From: Mobula hypostoma | Lineage: Eukaryota | Assembly: GCF_963921235.1 (NCBI RefSeq) | Contig: NC_086118.1 | Coordinates: forward strand, 19,036,001 to 19,100,000 | DNA length: 64,000 bases | Direction: 5' to 3' | Shown: positions 13,501 through 25,470 of the stretch, one piece after another | Layout: each line of letters opens with the position of its first letter | Numbering within the stretch: the first letter of the stretch is position 1 | Program-made: the position numbers and the translations under genes | Notes under the pieces: generated by a model | Told to the model about the DNA's origin: nothing | Database searches by the model: none | Seen by the model: only the letters and a program-made list of their open reading frames with translations

Positions 13501-14324
13501 CTTTAAGAGCAGGTTGGATTATTGTCCAAAATAATATGGATGAGAGAGCTTTGGAGGGATTTCGCCAAGGTGCAGGTAGATGAGACCAGGCGGAAGATGA
13601 AGTTGGCGTAGTCTAGACCTGTTTCTGTGCTGTGGTACTCTATGACATTGAGATGATTCCACAGTACTTGATGATTGTCTCTTCATTCCAATGTTCCTTC
13701 ATCTTGTGTTATACACCCTTCCCATTATATATTTATAAATGCTGGCTTTGCAGGCAAGTTTTCATATCAGTCAGGGTCATGATTTTTACAAGAAACACCA
13801 GATGCCTGGACATGCGTTCAAACTGATACATTTGTACATCATACTTGCCGTCATAAATCATAGTAACAAAGGAAAAACTACCTAGCAATTCAAATAAATT
13901 GTATTTTACAGGTTTAGTTTTTAAAATTTTCTTAAGAACTTTCTACTTCCTTGCTAACTTTTCCTTTGATTTGGTTCATGATCTCCTGAATTTTGTCCAG
14001 TTATATCATATGCCAGCAGGATTAGTTTCAATGAAGCCAGCTGGATAGAATAAACTAATTCAATGTTACACACAATTGCATTTTTATCAGGATTGTAATT
14101 TTTATAAATACTGTCATTATATATGACAATTGAAAGGCAGCTGTCCAATTATATTTTGGGTTATGTTTCCAGAGTTAGTTGCGAAAGTGGTTGAGGCTAT
14201 TTCAATCCATCAAGTCATGTGTGAGGTGTTGCATCTTGGAAAGTCAAATCAAGGTAGGACATTCAAAGTAAATGGCAGATCCCTGCAGAGTGCTGCAGAA
14301 CAAAGGGATCTTGCAGTTTGGATA

Positions 14325-14985
14325 ACACACACAAAATACTGGAGGAACTCAGCAGGCCAGGCAGTATCTATGGATAGGAGTACTGTTGATGTTTCGGGTC
14401 GAGTCCCTTTATCAGAATTGGAGAAAAAAAGATGAGGAGGCATGGCCTCCTCTGCTGTCACTTTAAGGCCACACTCAGGTTGGAGGAGCAACGCCTTATA
14501 TTCCATCTGGGTAGCCTCCAACCTGATGGCATGAATATCGATTTCTTGAACTTCTGGTAATTTCCCCCACCCCCTTCTCCAGTCCCCACTCCCATTTCCC
14601 TCTCTTACCTTATCTCCTTACCTGCCCATCATCTCCCTTTGGTGCTCCCCTTTTTTTCTTTCTTTCTTTTCTTTCTTCCATGGTCTTCTGTCCTCTCCTA
14701 TTAGATACCCCCTTCTGCAGCCCTGTATCTCTTCCACAAATCAACTTCCCAGCTCTTTACTTCACCCCTCCCCATGTCCTAGTTTCACCTATCAACGTGC
14801 TTCTTCCTCACCTCTCCCCAACTCCTTATCCTGACTCTTCACCTGTTTTTCTCCATGTTTGATTAAGGATCTTGGCCCGAAACATCAACTGTACTCTTTT
14901 CCACCTATGCTGCCTGGCCTGCTGAGATCCTCCAGCATTTTGTGTGTGTTGCCTGGATTTCCAGCATCCGCAGATTTCCTCTTGC
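14325..14985. mobile_element. Penelope-like element derivative with inverted termini
   Basis: 14325-14421 is the reverse complement of 14853-14950; internal ttccatctgggtagcctccaacctgatggcatgaa is shared with the GIY-YIG-bearing copy near 63215-63245. Confidence 0.75.
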
Positions 14986-15298
14986 AGTTTAGGTATGTTG
15001 TACTCTGAAAGTGGAGTCAGAGGTAGACAGGATGGTGAAGCCTTTGGCGTGCCCACCTTCATCAGTCAGAACACTGAGTGTAGAAGCTGAGCAGTTCTGT
15101 TGCTTTTGTACAGGGCACAGGTGAGCATTGTGAATCAGAATCAGAATCAGGTTTAATGTCACTGGCACATGTCATGAAATTTGTTTTGTGGTAGCAGTAT
15201 AGTGTAATGTATTAAAACTATAAATGACACTAATTACAACAATTATAAAAGTATAATTGTAATTTATCATTCTATATATTATAGTTTATATATACATA

Positions 15299-16129
15299 CT
15301 GTGGATATGCAGTTAATTGGGCCATTGATTAAGAGGGGCAATTGCTTATATTGGACAATACTTAAACAACAAAATCTAATCAAAAAATAGCTGGGATTCC
15401 CTTTGTTTATTTGGCAAACTGTACTGCTTTACCGGGCCAGGAAACTGCTGCCGATGTTTCTAACTAGTATCAGTTGCGTGCACTTGTGTGGCTGCTGACT
15501 ACACTGTGCTTAGAGTGAACAGTTTTTAAATAGCGTGAGCTGTGTGTGTTTGTGTTCAAAAAGCAGTGATCTTTGTCACTTGTAGTTGGCAAGAAATAAG
15601 CAGTAAAACACATCTGAACTGTTTTCCTTACTGTGGTTTCAAGCAATCAGGCTTGGAGGTGCCAGAAATAGCCGGAAGTGAAAATGAAATGATTGCACTA
15701 CTTCAATAAGTTAGGAACTATGAAGAATTTAAAGGTTTTGCCAATCACCTTGAATTTTACAATAAAATGAAGATTTGGAGGAGGCAATGTATGAACACAT
15801 TGTACGAAGGTAGTCCATCATCTGCATTAGGTGTCTGCGCTTATGTGTTAGCTGTCAATCAAAATGACATGGCAGTATACACTGTAGATGAATTCCTTTG
15901 TCGATAACTATTAGGAACTACAGTTTTATGGTACTGAGCTGGTGTTGATAGTGTTCTAATTTGTGCTGATTTCATTTAAACCACTTACATTTTTACTCAG
16001 TTAAACATTAATTTATCTTTTTTGTATGTCTTTAATTATTTCTTTGAAACTTCAGCTCAGTGGGTCAGCTGCTTAATTGAGCCAAAAATGTACTGGTCCT
16101 GATGTGTCCCAATTAACTGGAATCCACTG
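15299..16129. mobile_element. Tc1/mariner-superfamily (Tigger/pogo-like) non-autonomous element
   Basis: TA flanks at 15297-98 and 16130-31; TIRs ctgtggatatgcagttaattggg and cccaattaactggaatccactg. Confidence 0.75.
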
Positions 16130-16278
16130 TATATGTAAATTAAATCAGTCGTTCAAAGAGAGAGCAAAATAATTTAGTGAGGGAATGTTCATGGATTGGT
16201 CCTTTGTCCGTTCAGATATCTGATGTCGGAGGGGAACAAACCATTTCTGAAACATTAGGTATGTGTATTCAGGCTCCT

Positions 16279-18169
16279 TTTCAAAATTCTGTAAATTTAT
16301 TATAACTACATATATTATTAGATTATGAGGACATGCAATCCTCTTTTATTGTCATTTAGTAATGAATACATTAAGAAATGATACAATGTTTTTCCAGAAT
16401 GATATCACAGAAACACATGACAAACCAAGACTGAAAAACTGACAAATACCACATAATTATAACATACAGTAACAACAATGCAAAGCAATACCGTAATGTG
16501 ATAAGAACAGACCATAGGCATGGTAAAATCTCAAAGTCTCTCAGAAGTCCCATCATCTCACGCAGACGGTGAACCTCCAGCGCCGCAAACTTGCCGATGC
16601 AGCATCCCGGAAGCATCTGACCACAGTCTGACTCCGAGTCTGTCCGAAAACTCTGAGCCTCCGACCAGCTCTCCGACACCGATGCACAGAGCACCATCTC
16701 TGCTGAGCGCTTCAACCCCGGCCCTGGCAACAGGCAGTAGGCAAGGCCGAGGATTTGGGGTCTTCCCCTCCGGAGATTCTCGATTGCACAGAAGCGGCGG
16801 CAGCGAAGCAGGCATTTCAGAAATTTCTCCAGATGTTCCTCCGTGCTTCTTCACGTCTGTCTCTATCAAATCAGGATTGTGCACGGCATCCTACTTCACA
16901 GATATGATATCATTCACGCCGCCATCTTCTCCTCCCTCCTCAATATATGTCAACATTTTTAATTTCTTGCGGGCATTCACAGTAAATACAAAGAACCCAA
17001 TAGAATCAATGAAAAACTGCACACAGCCCATGTGCAAAAGACAACAAACTATACAAATCCAGAAAGAAAAAAAAACAAGTGAACAATAAATATCAAGAAT
17101 ATGAGGTGGAGTCCTCGAAAGTGAGTCCATCTGTTGTGGGAACAGGTCAGCGCTGGGATGAATGAAGTTGACTGAAGTTATTTCCTCTGGTTCAACAACG
17201 TGATAGATGAGAGGTAATAACCATTCCTGAAACCAGTAGCATAGGTCCTGAAGCTTCAGTATCTCCTTGATGTAACAGTGGAAAGAGAGCATGGCCTGGA
17301 TGGTGAGGTCCTTGAGTGCTCTCCCGTGACAACACTCTTTGTAGATATGTTCAGTGGTACAGAAGTACTCAGTGGTGGTGGGGGGGGTCTTTACCCATGA
17401 TGAACTGGGCTGTATCCACTACTCTTTGTAGGCTTTTCCATTCAAGGGCATTGGTGTTTCAAAACTGGGCCATAATGCAACCTGTCAGTATACTCTCCAC
17501 CACTTAGCTATAGAAGTTTTAGATTATGCCCCAAATCTTCACAAACTTCTAAGAAAGCAGAAGTCCTGCTGTGCTTTCTTTGCAATGGCACTTTAGTGCT
17601 GGGACCAGGGCAGGTCCTCCAAAATAATAACACCGAGGAATTTAAAGTTTCTGACCCTCTCCGCCTCCCCTGATGAGAACTAGCTCATGGACCTTCAGGT
17701 TCCTCCTACTGAAGTAGGTAATCAGCTCCTTGCTCTTGCTGACTTTGAGTAAGGGGTTGCTGTGGTGGCACCACTCGGTCAGATTTTCAGTTTCCCTTAT
17801 GCTGTATATGCTGATTCATCACAACCTTTGATTAGGCCAATGACATTGGTGTCATCAGCAAACAAAAATACGGCATTGGAACTACGTTTTAGCCCCATAG
17901 TCACAAGAATAAAGCTAGTAGAGCAGGGGGCTAAGTACATAGCCTTGTGGTGCAGCTGTGCTGATGGTGATTATGGAGATTTGTTGCCAATCCAAGATGA
18001 CTGGGGTCTGCAGGTGAGGAAATAGAGGATCCAGAGGCACAAGGAGATATAGACGCCAAGGTCTTGGAGTGTATTGATTAATTTTAAGGTGATAATTATG
18101 GAGTGCAGAGCTAAGTCAACGGAGAGCATCCTGATGTAATGCATCTTTTCTGTCCAGATGCTCCAGGGT
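16279..18169 (-). mobile_element. Second Rex1/Babar subfamily nested in the first
   Basis: Tail ttcaaa..aaatttatta.. matches 62473-62600; reverse-complement FADDT (ggtgtcatcagcaaa) near 17850. Confidence 0.75.
16316..16942 (-). mobile_element. Non-autonomous GC-rich-headed retroposon, copy A
   Basis: ATATAT TSD (16310-15 / 16943-48); head gaggagAAGATGGCGGCG; alignable by eye to 41645-42170 and 54464-55133. Confidence 0.75.
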
Positions 18170-19704
18170 AGTATCTCCTCCCTGATGGTAGCAATGAGAA
18201 GAGGGCATATCCTGGGTGATGGGGGTCCTTAATAATGGATACCACCTTTTTGAGGCATTGTCTTTTGAAGATGTCGTCAATGTTGGGGAGGGGAATGGCC
18301 ATGATGGGAGATGGGACAGTTTACAATTTTCTGCTATTTTCTCTGATCCCATTGAGTGGCCACTCCATACTGTATGATGATGTAGCCAGTTAGAATGCAG
18401 TCCACAGTATATCTGTAGTAACTTGTGACTGTCATTGGTGACATACTAACTCTCCTCAAACTCCTAATGAAATATAGCCATGACTTCTTTGTAATTGCAT
18501 CAATGCTTTCGGCCCAGGATAGACCTTCAGAGATGTTCACATGCCGGACTTTGAAACTGTTTGCCTTTTCCACCACTGATTCCTTGATGAGGACTCTGTG
18601 TGTGATCCCTGAACTTCCCCTTTCTGTCACCCACGATCAATTTCTTGGTCTTACTGACGTCAAGTGCAAGGTTGTTATTGTGACACAGCTCAGCCAGATG
18701 ATCTATCTCACTCTTGTTCACCTCCTTGTCATCGTTTGAGATTCTGCCAACAGTTGTGTCATGGGCATATTTATAAATGGCATTTGAGCTGTGCCTAGCC
18801 ACACATACATGGGTGTAGAGAGGGTAGAGTAGTGGGCTAAGCACGCATCCTTGATGTGCACTGGTGTTGATTGTCAGTGAGGAAGAGATATTATTTCTGA
18901 TCTTCACTGACTGTGGTCTCCCGATGAGGAAGTAGGGATCCATTTGAAGTGGGGAGGTACAGAGGCCCAGGTTTTGGAGCTTGTTGATTAGAACCGAGGG
19001 TATGATAGTATTGAATGCTGAGCTATAATTAATAAATAGTGCCTGATGCAGGTATTGGTATTGTCCAGTTGTCCAAGGCGGAGCCATTGAGATTACATCG
19101 AGTGTAGAATCTATTGCGGTGGTAGCCAATTTGCAGCAAGTCCTGACCCTTCCTTAGGCAGGATTTCATTTGCGTTCATCTTCAGTCACGCTGCAATAGA
19201 AAAGGTGATTTAAGATTGACAACAGTGCAGGAAAAGATTTAGAAGGATGTTTCCAGGACACAAGGGTCTGAGTTACAGGGAGATTTTCCCTTGGAGCATT
19301 AGAAACCGAGTTTTGAACTTATAGAAGTGTATAAATGACAGGGTATAGACAGGCTGAATGCACTCAGATCTTTTCCCAAGGTTGGGAAATCAAGAACTAC
19401 AAAGCCTAAGTTTGAAATGTGAGAGGAAAAATATACTAGGAGCATAAGGGGTAACTATTTTTACACAGAGGGCTGTACACATATGGAATGAGATGCCACA
19501 AGAAGTGGTTGAGTCAGGTTCTATAACAGTTTTTAAATTATAATTGAACTGGGACATGATTAAGAAGGGTTTAGAGGAATATGGTCCAAATTCAGGCAAA
19601 TTGGAGTAGCTTGGAGGGACATCTGGGCTGGCATGGTCTAGTTGGACTGAAGGACTGTATGATGCTATAAGTCCATGCTGGCTCAGAATATTCCTACTCA
19701 ATAA

Positions 19705-19935
19705 CTAATTTTCCCCACATTGCCATCAATTACCACAGGTCCTGCAATCGAGCTGCACACAGGGGGAATTTACAGTGGCTACTTTGCTTACCAATTTGCA
19801 TGTATGTGAGAGGAAACAAGAGCACCAAGGAAATCTTACACAGTCACAGAAAGAAGTGCAAACTCCATACATATAGTACTGGAGACAAAAATTAAACTTG
19901 GGTCGCTGTTTCTATTTGCTTTACGACTATGTTTT
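19705..19935 (-). mobile_element. Decayed V-SINE/HE1-like tRNA-SINE
   Basis: aggaaac..gagcacc..ggaaa..cacagtcacag..caaactcc core, as in 43760-44035. Confidence 0.6.
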
Positions 19936-20974
19936 CCCATATCTTCCATATGCCCTTTCTATTAATCAAAAGCTATTGTACTTTAGGCTTCCCATGTCTA
20001 ATTGAGTGAAACTGATAATGGTTAACTGCTTTGATATGAAACTAATACTTTTGAAGAATTGTTCATTGAAGCATCAAAGGAAATCTGAAGTATAAACTGA
20101 AAGAAATACAATAGACAAAGAAATTTAAATTCTTACTCTTACCAAGTTCATTTCCAATGAAATAAAGTGTGGTACCTTCATGCCCAGCTTTCTGCAGTTG
20201 CAGCTCATAAAGCAATAATTATATCTTTGAGGGCTTTTAAAATGAGCTATTTCTAGTTCTCATTACTTTGGTCAATTAACTGCCTGCATTTGTCTGTAAT
20301 AAATTTGGAATATGTCCATTAACTGAAAAATAAATAACACAGCACCATTCTTTTTGTGTTAAAGTAATAATTACAGTCAATTCAAAACAGCTTACAGAAG
20401 CAGGTGGAGTTAGATTTTGATACTTAACACTGTACATCTCAAAAGATCTGGAAAAAAATAGAAATTTTCATGTTATGAATAGAATTCAATATTTTATTTA
20501 CTGTCTATTGTAGAGTTAAAATTGGGTCAGAACATGAGCACTGTTCTAATCCTTTGCTACCTTGGGGATTTTTATAAGTGCTTGCAAGTTCTATACTCAA
20601 CTTTCAGTTTAATGAGATAATGCTGCAGGATGCTTTGGATAGGTTCTCTTCATGAAAACCTGATGCTAAACTCTCTTAAAATATGCAATGTAGTTAGCCT
20701 GGGAATTGAACCCATGCATGAAAAACTGCAAACTTTTGAGAGACCTTCAGATAACCTGGAGACAAAAACTTGGTATTATGTTGAATAATTACACCTTCAT
20801 CAATACATATTACTGCAATCAAATAATATATCGTATTTGTGATTTAACTCCTTTAAAAATTTTGTCTTTATTTCTTGAAGTTCTACCACAATCCATTCCC
20901 CAATAACAACATGTCTGAAAAAGGAAAGTAATTTTAAATAGGTACCAGAATATACTCAGTTTATAGTTACCACT

Positions 20975-21957
20975 GTAAGGCTAAGTACAGCTCCAATACC
21001 ATATTTAAGTTGCTGATAATCCCACTGTTGTTGGCCGAATTAAAGGAGATAATGAATTGGAATATAAGAGAGAGATTGAACATTTTGTTGAATGGTGCCA
21101 CAGCAACAACCTCTCACTCGAGATCATTGTAACCAAACAGCTGATTATTGACTACAGGAGGAAGAAACTGGGTGTCCATGAGCCAGTCCTCATTAGGGGA
21201 TCGAAGGTGGACAGAGTCAGTATCTTTAAATTCCTGGGTGTTATCATATCAAAGATTCTGTCCTGGCATGGGCACATAAGTGCCATTACAAGAAGGCATG
21301 GCAGCTGCTCAACAGATTCAGCATGTTATCTAAAACTTGGTCAAACTCCTAGAGATGTGCGGTGGAGAGTACCCTGACTTATTGTGTAAGAGCCTGGCAT
21401 GGAAACATCAATGCCCAAGAAAGGAAAAGACTTACAAAGAGTGGTAGTTGCAGCCTAGTCCACCACAGGCAAAGTCCTCACTACCATTGAATACATCTGC
21501 AAGGAGTACTGGCTTAAGAAAGTAGTATCCAGCATCAAGGACTTCCAAAATCCAAGCAATTTTCTCTTCCTGCTGCTGCCATGGGGAAGAAAGTACAGGA
21601 GCCTTAGGTCCCATAACACCAGGTTCAAGAACAGTTACTACTCTTCAACAATCAGGCTCCTGAACCAATGTGAATAAACTAAACTCAGAACTGATTCCAC
21701 AACCTATGGGCTCTCTGTCGAGAACTCTGCAATTCATGTTATCAGTACATATGTATGCATTTATTTATTTTTTCATCTGCTCAGTTTGCCATCTTTTGCA
21801 CATCAGTTGTTCGTCAGTCTTGGTGTGTGGATTTTTATTAATTATATATTTTATTTCTTTGTTCTACTGTGAATGCCTGCAAGAAAATGAATCTCAAGGT
21901 AGCATATAGTGAAATATACAGTCCATATTTAGATAATAAATTTACTTTGAACTTTGA
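20975..21957 (+). mobile_element. Rex1/Babar LINE 3' fragment
   Basis: EYKREIEHFVEWCHSNNLSL..KFLGVIIS; ends aataaatttactttgaactttga. Confidence 0.8.
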
Positions 21958-22318
21958 ATGGATCCAAGATATTTTCTGCTCTACAATTTACTGGTAAATG
22001 ATTTAAATTAGTGCATAATTAAGCATTTATTGCTCTATTGCATGATTTGATCTAAATATGTAACCTTGTACACCAACAACACTGAGCCAGTCATATTGCC
22101 AGTGGTAAATAAGGTCCAAATGATCCAATTTCCTGTCTAGAAGAATTTGGAAGCAAACAACAGACTTATGGAAACGGAACGAATTCTAGAAGATAAGTGA
22201 CGCTGAAAAAGAAACACAACTCTACTGTGTTTAGATCGAAAATGGCTCTCATTTTGACAGCAAAGAAAATATCCTCACAATTACAGTCTTCTTCTACTTG
22301 ATCTTGTTTTGGACCATT

Positions 22319-24116
22319 TCAGAATCAGAATCAGATTTAATGTCGCTGGCATATGTTGTGAAATTTGTTAACTATATGGCAGCAGTACCTTGCAAAACAT
22401 GATAAATAAATGCAGAGAAAATAAAACTGAAGTACTGTAAGTATGTATATGTCTATTAAATAGCTGTTAAAGTAAGTAGTGCAAAAAAAAATCAAATAAA
22501 AAAGCAGAGAATTAGTGTTCATGGGTTCAATGTTCATTTAGGAATCGGATGGCAGAGGGGAAGAAGCTGTTCCTGAATCACTGAGTGTGTGCCTTCAGGC
22601 TTCTGTACCTCCTTCCAGAGGGTAACATCGAGAAGAGGGCATATCATGGGTGATGGGTGTCCTTAATAATGGTCACCACTCCTTGAAAACGTCTGGGATA
22701 CTACAGAGGCTGGTAACCACGATGGAGCTGGCTAACCTGACAAGATTCTGCAACTTACTTCGGTCTTGTGCGGTTCCTTCCCCTACCCTCCGACCCCATA
22801 CAGATGGTGATGCAGCCAGTCAGAATCCTCTCCACGGTGCATTTGTAGAAGTTTTCCAGTGTTTTAGTTCACAAACTAAATCTGCTGTAACTCCAAATGA
22901 AATATAGCTGCTGTCTTCCCTTCTTAATAGCTGCATCAATATATGGCGTCCAGGTTAGATATATTCACACCCAGGAACTTGAAATTGCTCACTCTCTCCA
23001 CTCATAATCGCTCTATGAGGATTTGTTTCTGTTCCCTTTTCTTGCCCTTTCTGATGTCTACAATCAGCTCTTTGGTCTTGCTGACGTTGGGTGCAAGGTT
23101 GTCGCTGTGACACCACTCCACGAACCGCTATATCTCGCACCTGTACGCCCTTTCGTCACCATCCGAAATTTTTTCCAACAATGGTTGTATCATCAGCAAA
23201 TTTATAGATGTCATTTGAGCTATGCCTAGCCACATAATTATGGATGTAGAGAGAATAGAGTAGTGGGCTAAGCACACATCCCTGTGGCGCACAGGTGTTG
23301 ATTGGCAGCGAGCTGGAGATGTTAGTACCAATCCGCACAGATTATGCTCTAGCTGGATCTAGATCAAGGATCTAGTAGCACAGGGATGTACAAAGGCCTA
23401 GGTTCTGTAGGTTGTCAATCAGGAATATAGGAATGATGGTGTTAAATGCTGACCTATAGTCGATAAACAGCAGCCTGACATAGGTATTTGTATTGTCCAG
23501 GTGTTCCAAGGCCATGTAGGGAGTCATTGAGATCACATCTGCTGTAGAACTATTGTTGCAATAGGTGAATTGCAGTGGGTCCAGGTCCTTCCTGAAACAG
23601 GTGTTGATTCTAACCATGACCAACCTCTCAAAGCATTTCATCACCATAGATGTGAGTGTTACTGGATGACCATTGTTAAGGCAGCTCATGCTCATCTTCT
23701 CGGGCATTTGTATAATTGTTGCCCTTTTGAAGCAGGAGTGAACTTCCAACCACAGTAATGAGAGAGTGACACTGTCTTTGAACACCCCTGCCAGTTGGCT
23801 AGCACAGATTTTCAGAGCCTTACCAGATACTCTATTAGGTCCTGCCGCCCTGCGAGCAGCCTGACATCGGCCTTCGAGCCAGAAGTCACAGCATCACCAA
23901 ATGCTGCAGGGAATCTCATAGGTTTGATTCTCCCTTTCAAAGTGAACATAAAAGGTGTCGAGCTCATCTGGTAGTGAAGCATTGTTGCCATTCATGCTGT
24001 TCATGTCAGTTTTTGCTTTGTAGGAAGTAAAAGCCTACAAACCCTGCCAGAGTTGACATGCATCCCCTCTCAGAATTGTTTCATGGCTCCTGGAATAGCC
24101 CTCCACAAGTCATACC
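22319..24116 (-). mobile_element. Rex1/Babar LINE, 5'-truncated
   Basis: VMKCFERLV, YVRLLFIDYRSAFNTI, APQGCVLSPLLY, KFADDTT; (tcagaa)n tail at 22319. Confidence 0.85.
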
Positions 24117-25129
24117 TTTTATTTTAACAATTGGACTGCTTCTTTAACATTTGGCAACCTATTTACTGCTGTATATTAAATCCTTGATGGCACAGCATTA
24201 GACGATTCCTTGCTGGGCATGCTATTGCCGAATTACTTCCAGGAAGACAAATCTCTTTAATGCAGACAGGAGGAGTCTTGTCACCCACCAGAAGAAATCT
24301 TCTTGCTTTACTTCATGGATGTCGGTATAACTTATGCCAAGACAAAAATTGCGCCTATGCTGTGCAGACGTTTACTCACGCCATTGTTACAAAAGAAGCC
24401 CCCAATCTGTGGGAAGGAAAATACCTTTGTTGCTCTTAGGTTGTTGTTCATAATTAGCTCATTGTTCCACAGCCTTCAGCCTCTCTTACGTAATTCTTAT
24501 TAAGTTGTGAAATTAAATGTGCTGATGCTTGCCAGTCAGCAATCAATCAGCCCCTGTGTTGTGCATTTATGAAACAGAATATCATGAGTGTATTGACAAA
24601 ATTCCATTTCCTGTTTTAGCATGATAGTACTCGTAATTTGATAATATGGATAATGATACAAAGGAAATGAAGCATATCTTCAAATCCAGAGCATAGAGAC
24701 AAATAAATGGAAATTGTCAGAGCAATGATAATTACTGGTGGTACAGTACTTGTGATCATTTGTGAAGGTTCTCGTCATGACATTGTTAGAGTGAAATTTC
24801 TGGGTCTTCATAGGAATTTGTGGACTATTAGGCAGTTCTTGAATGTACGCCTGGAGAAGGCTTTCATTCTAAGCTATTTGTTACAATTTGATTCCTATCA
24901 CTCCTGCTGCACGTGCTTGTCATGTTTCCTTCATTTCCTTCAGTTCTTCCACTTAGTTGTATAGGATGTAGCAGACTATAACAGAATCAGAATGCCTTTC
25001 TGGTGGGCAGTGGATGGTACCCCTGAAATGATGCAGATAGTAGAAGCAAATTCCAGAGAGTCCAGTGGGAATCTCTGCCAATCTTCCGGTTGTCTAATTC
25101 AAATGGTAGTGGAAAGTGGGCAGGATTCA

Positions 25130-25470
25130 AGGCATAAGAATTAGAAGTAGCAGTTGGCCCTACCAGCCTATTCTTCAATTATTCAAGAACATGGGTGAGC
25201 TCCATTTATCTTCATCATACCTTGATTCCCTTCAGAAGGTGAAGTCACTTGGTCTCTGTTTTGAATGACCTCAAAGACTAAATCTCCACAGACCTCTGGG
25301 TCAGATAATTCCTAAGATTCATGACCCTTTAAGTAAAAAAAAATCACATCATTTCCTAAGTGGACTACATTGTTCTGAAACTGTACCTCAAGATTCTAGA
25401 TAGCTCAGTCAAGAGAAACAACCCACCTGCTCCTATGGTGTTGAGCTCTGCTAGAACTTTCAATGAGATC
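25130..25470 (-). mobile_element. Old CR1 3' fragment
   Basis: cataagaattagaagtagcagttggcc...ctccacagacctctggg..aattcctaagattc resembles a reverse CR1 tail. Confidence 0.55.

Larger units (their letters stand above)
7595..13646 (+). mobile_element. CR1 LINE ORF2/3' end split into four pieces (7595-8227, 9680-10305, 11968-12275, 13500-13646)
   Basis: Collinear CR1 motifs across the gaps: KEHTRSFYSCIKSKR, FFEEATMK | KAADVALMDFNKAFDK, LADYTK, YKVLVR | LEYCVH, then the 3' tail ending ctgtttctgtgctgtggtactctatgac. Confidence 0.8.
15133..19168 (-). mobile_element. Rex1/Babar LINE interrupted by a MITE and a second Rex1
   Basis: 3' tail (aatcag)3 at 15133; the host sequence ttcaggctcct|gtatctcctccctgatgg is split at 16278/18171; ORF 18527-19129 has LFINYSSAFNTI..QGCVLSPLLY..KYAHDTT. 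Confidence 0.8.
14205..19680 (+). mobile_element. CR1 LINE fragment hosting a nested stack (pieces 14205-14324, 14986-15132, 19169-19680)
   Basis: CEVLHLGKSNQGRT..EQRDL, continuing after the insertions; 19169-19680 has an ERVQKRFTRM-like sequence and a CR1 3' tail. Confidence 0.7.

Noticed and set aside
15215..15287. Imperfect AT-rich palindrome
   Set aside because: Low-complexity sequence within a LINE 3'UTR; likely chance or slippage.
16371..17089. Overlapping ORFs in the YY1-headed element as a coded protein
   Set aside because: The GC-rich repeat lacks stops by composition, and the frames are not preserved among the three copies.
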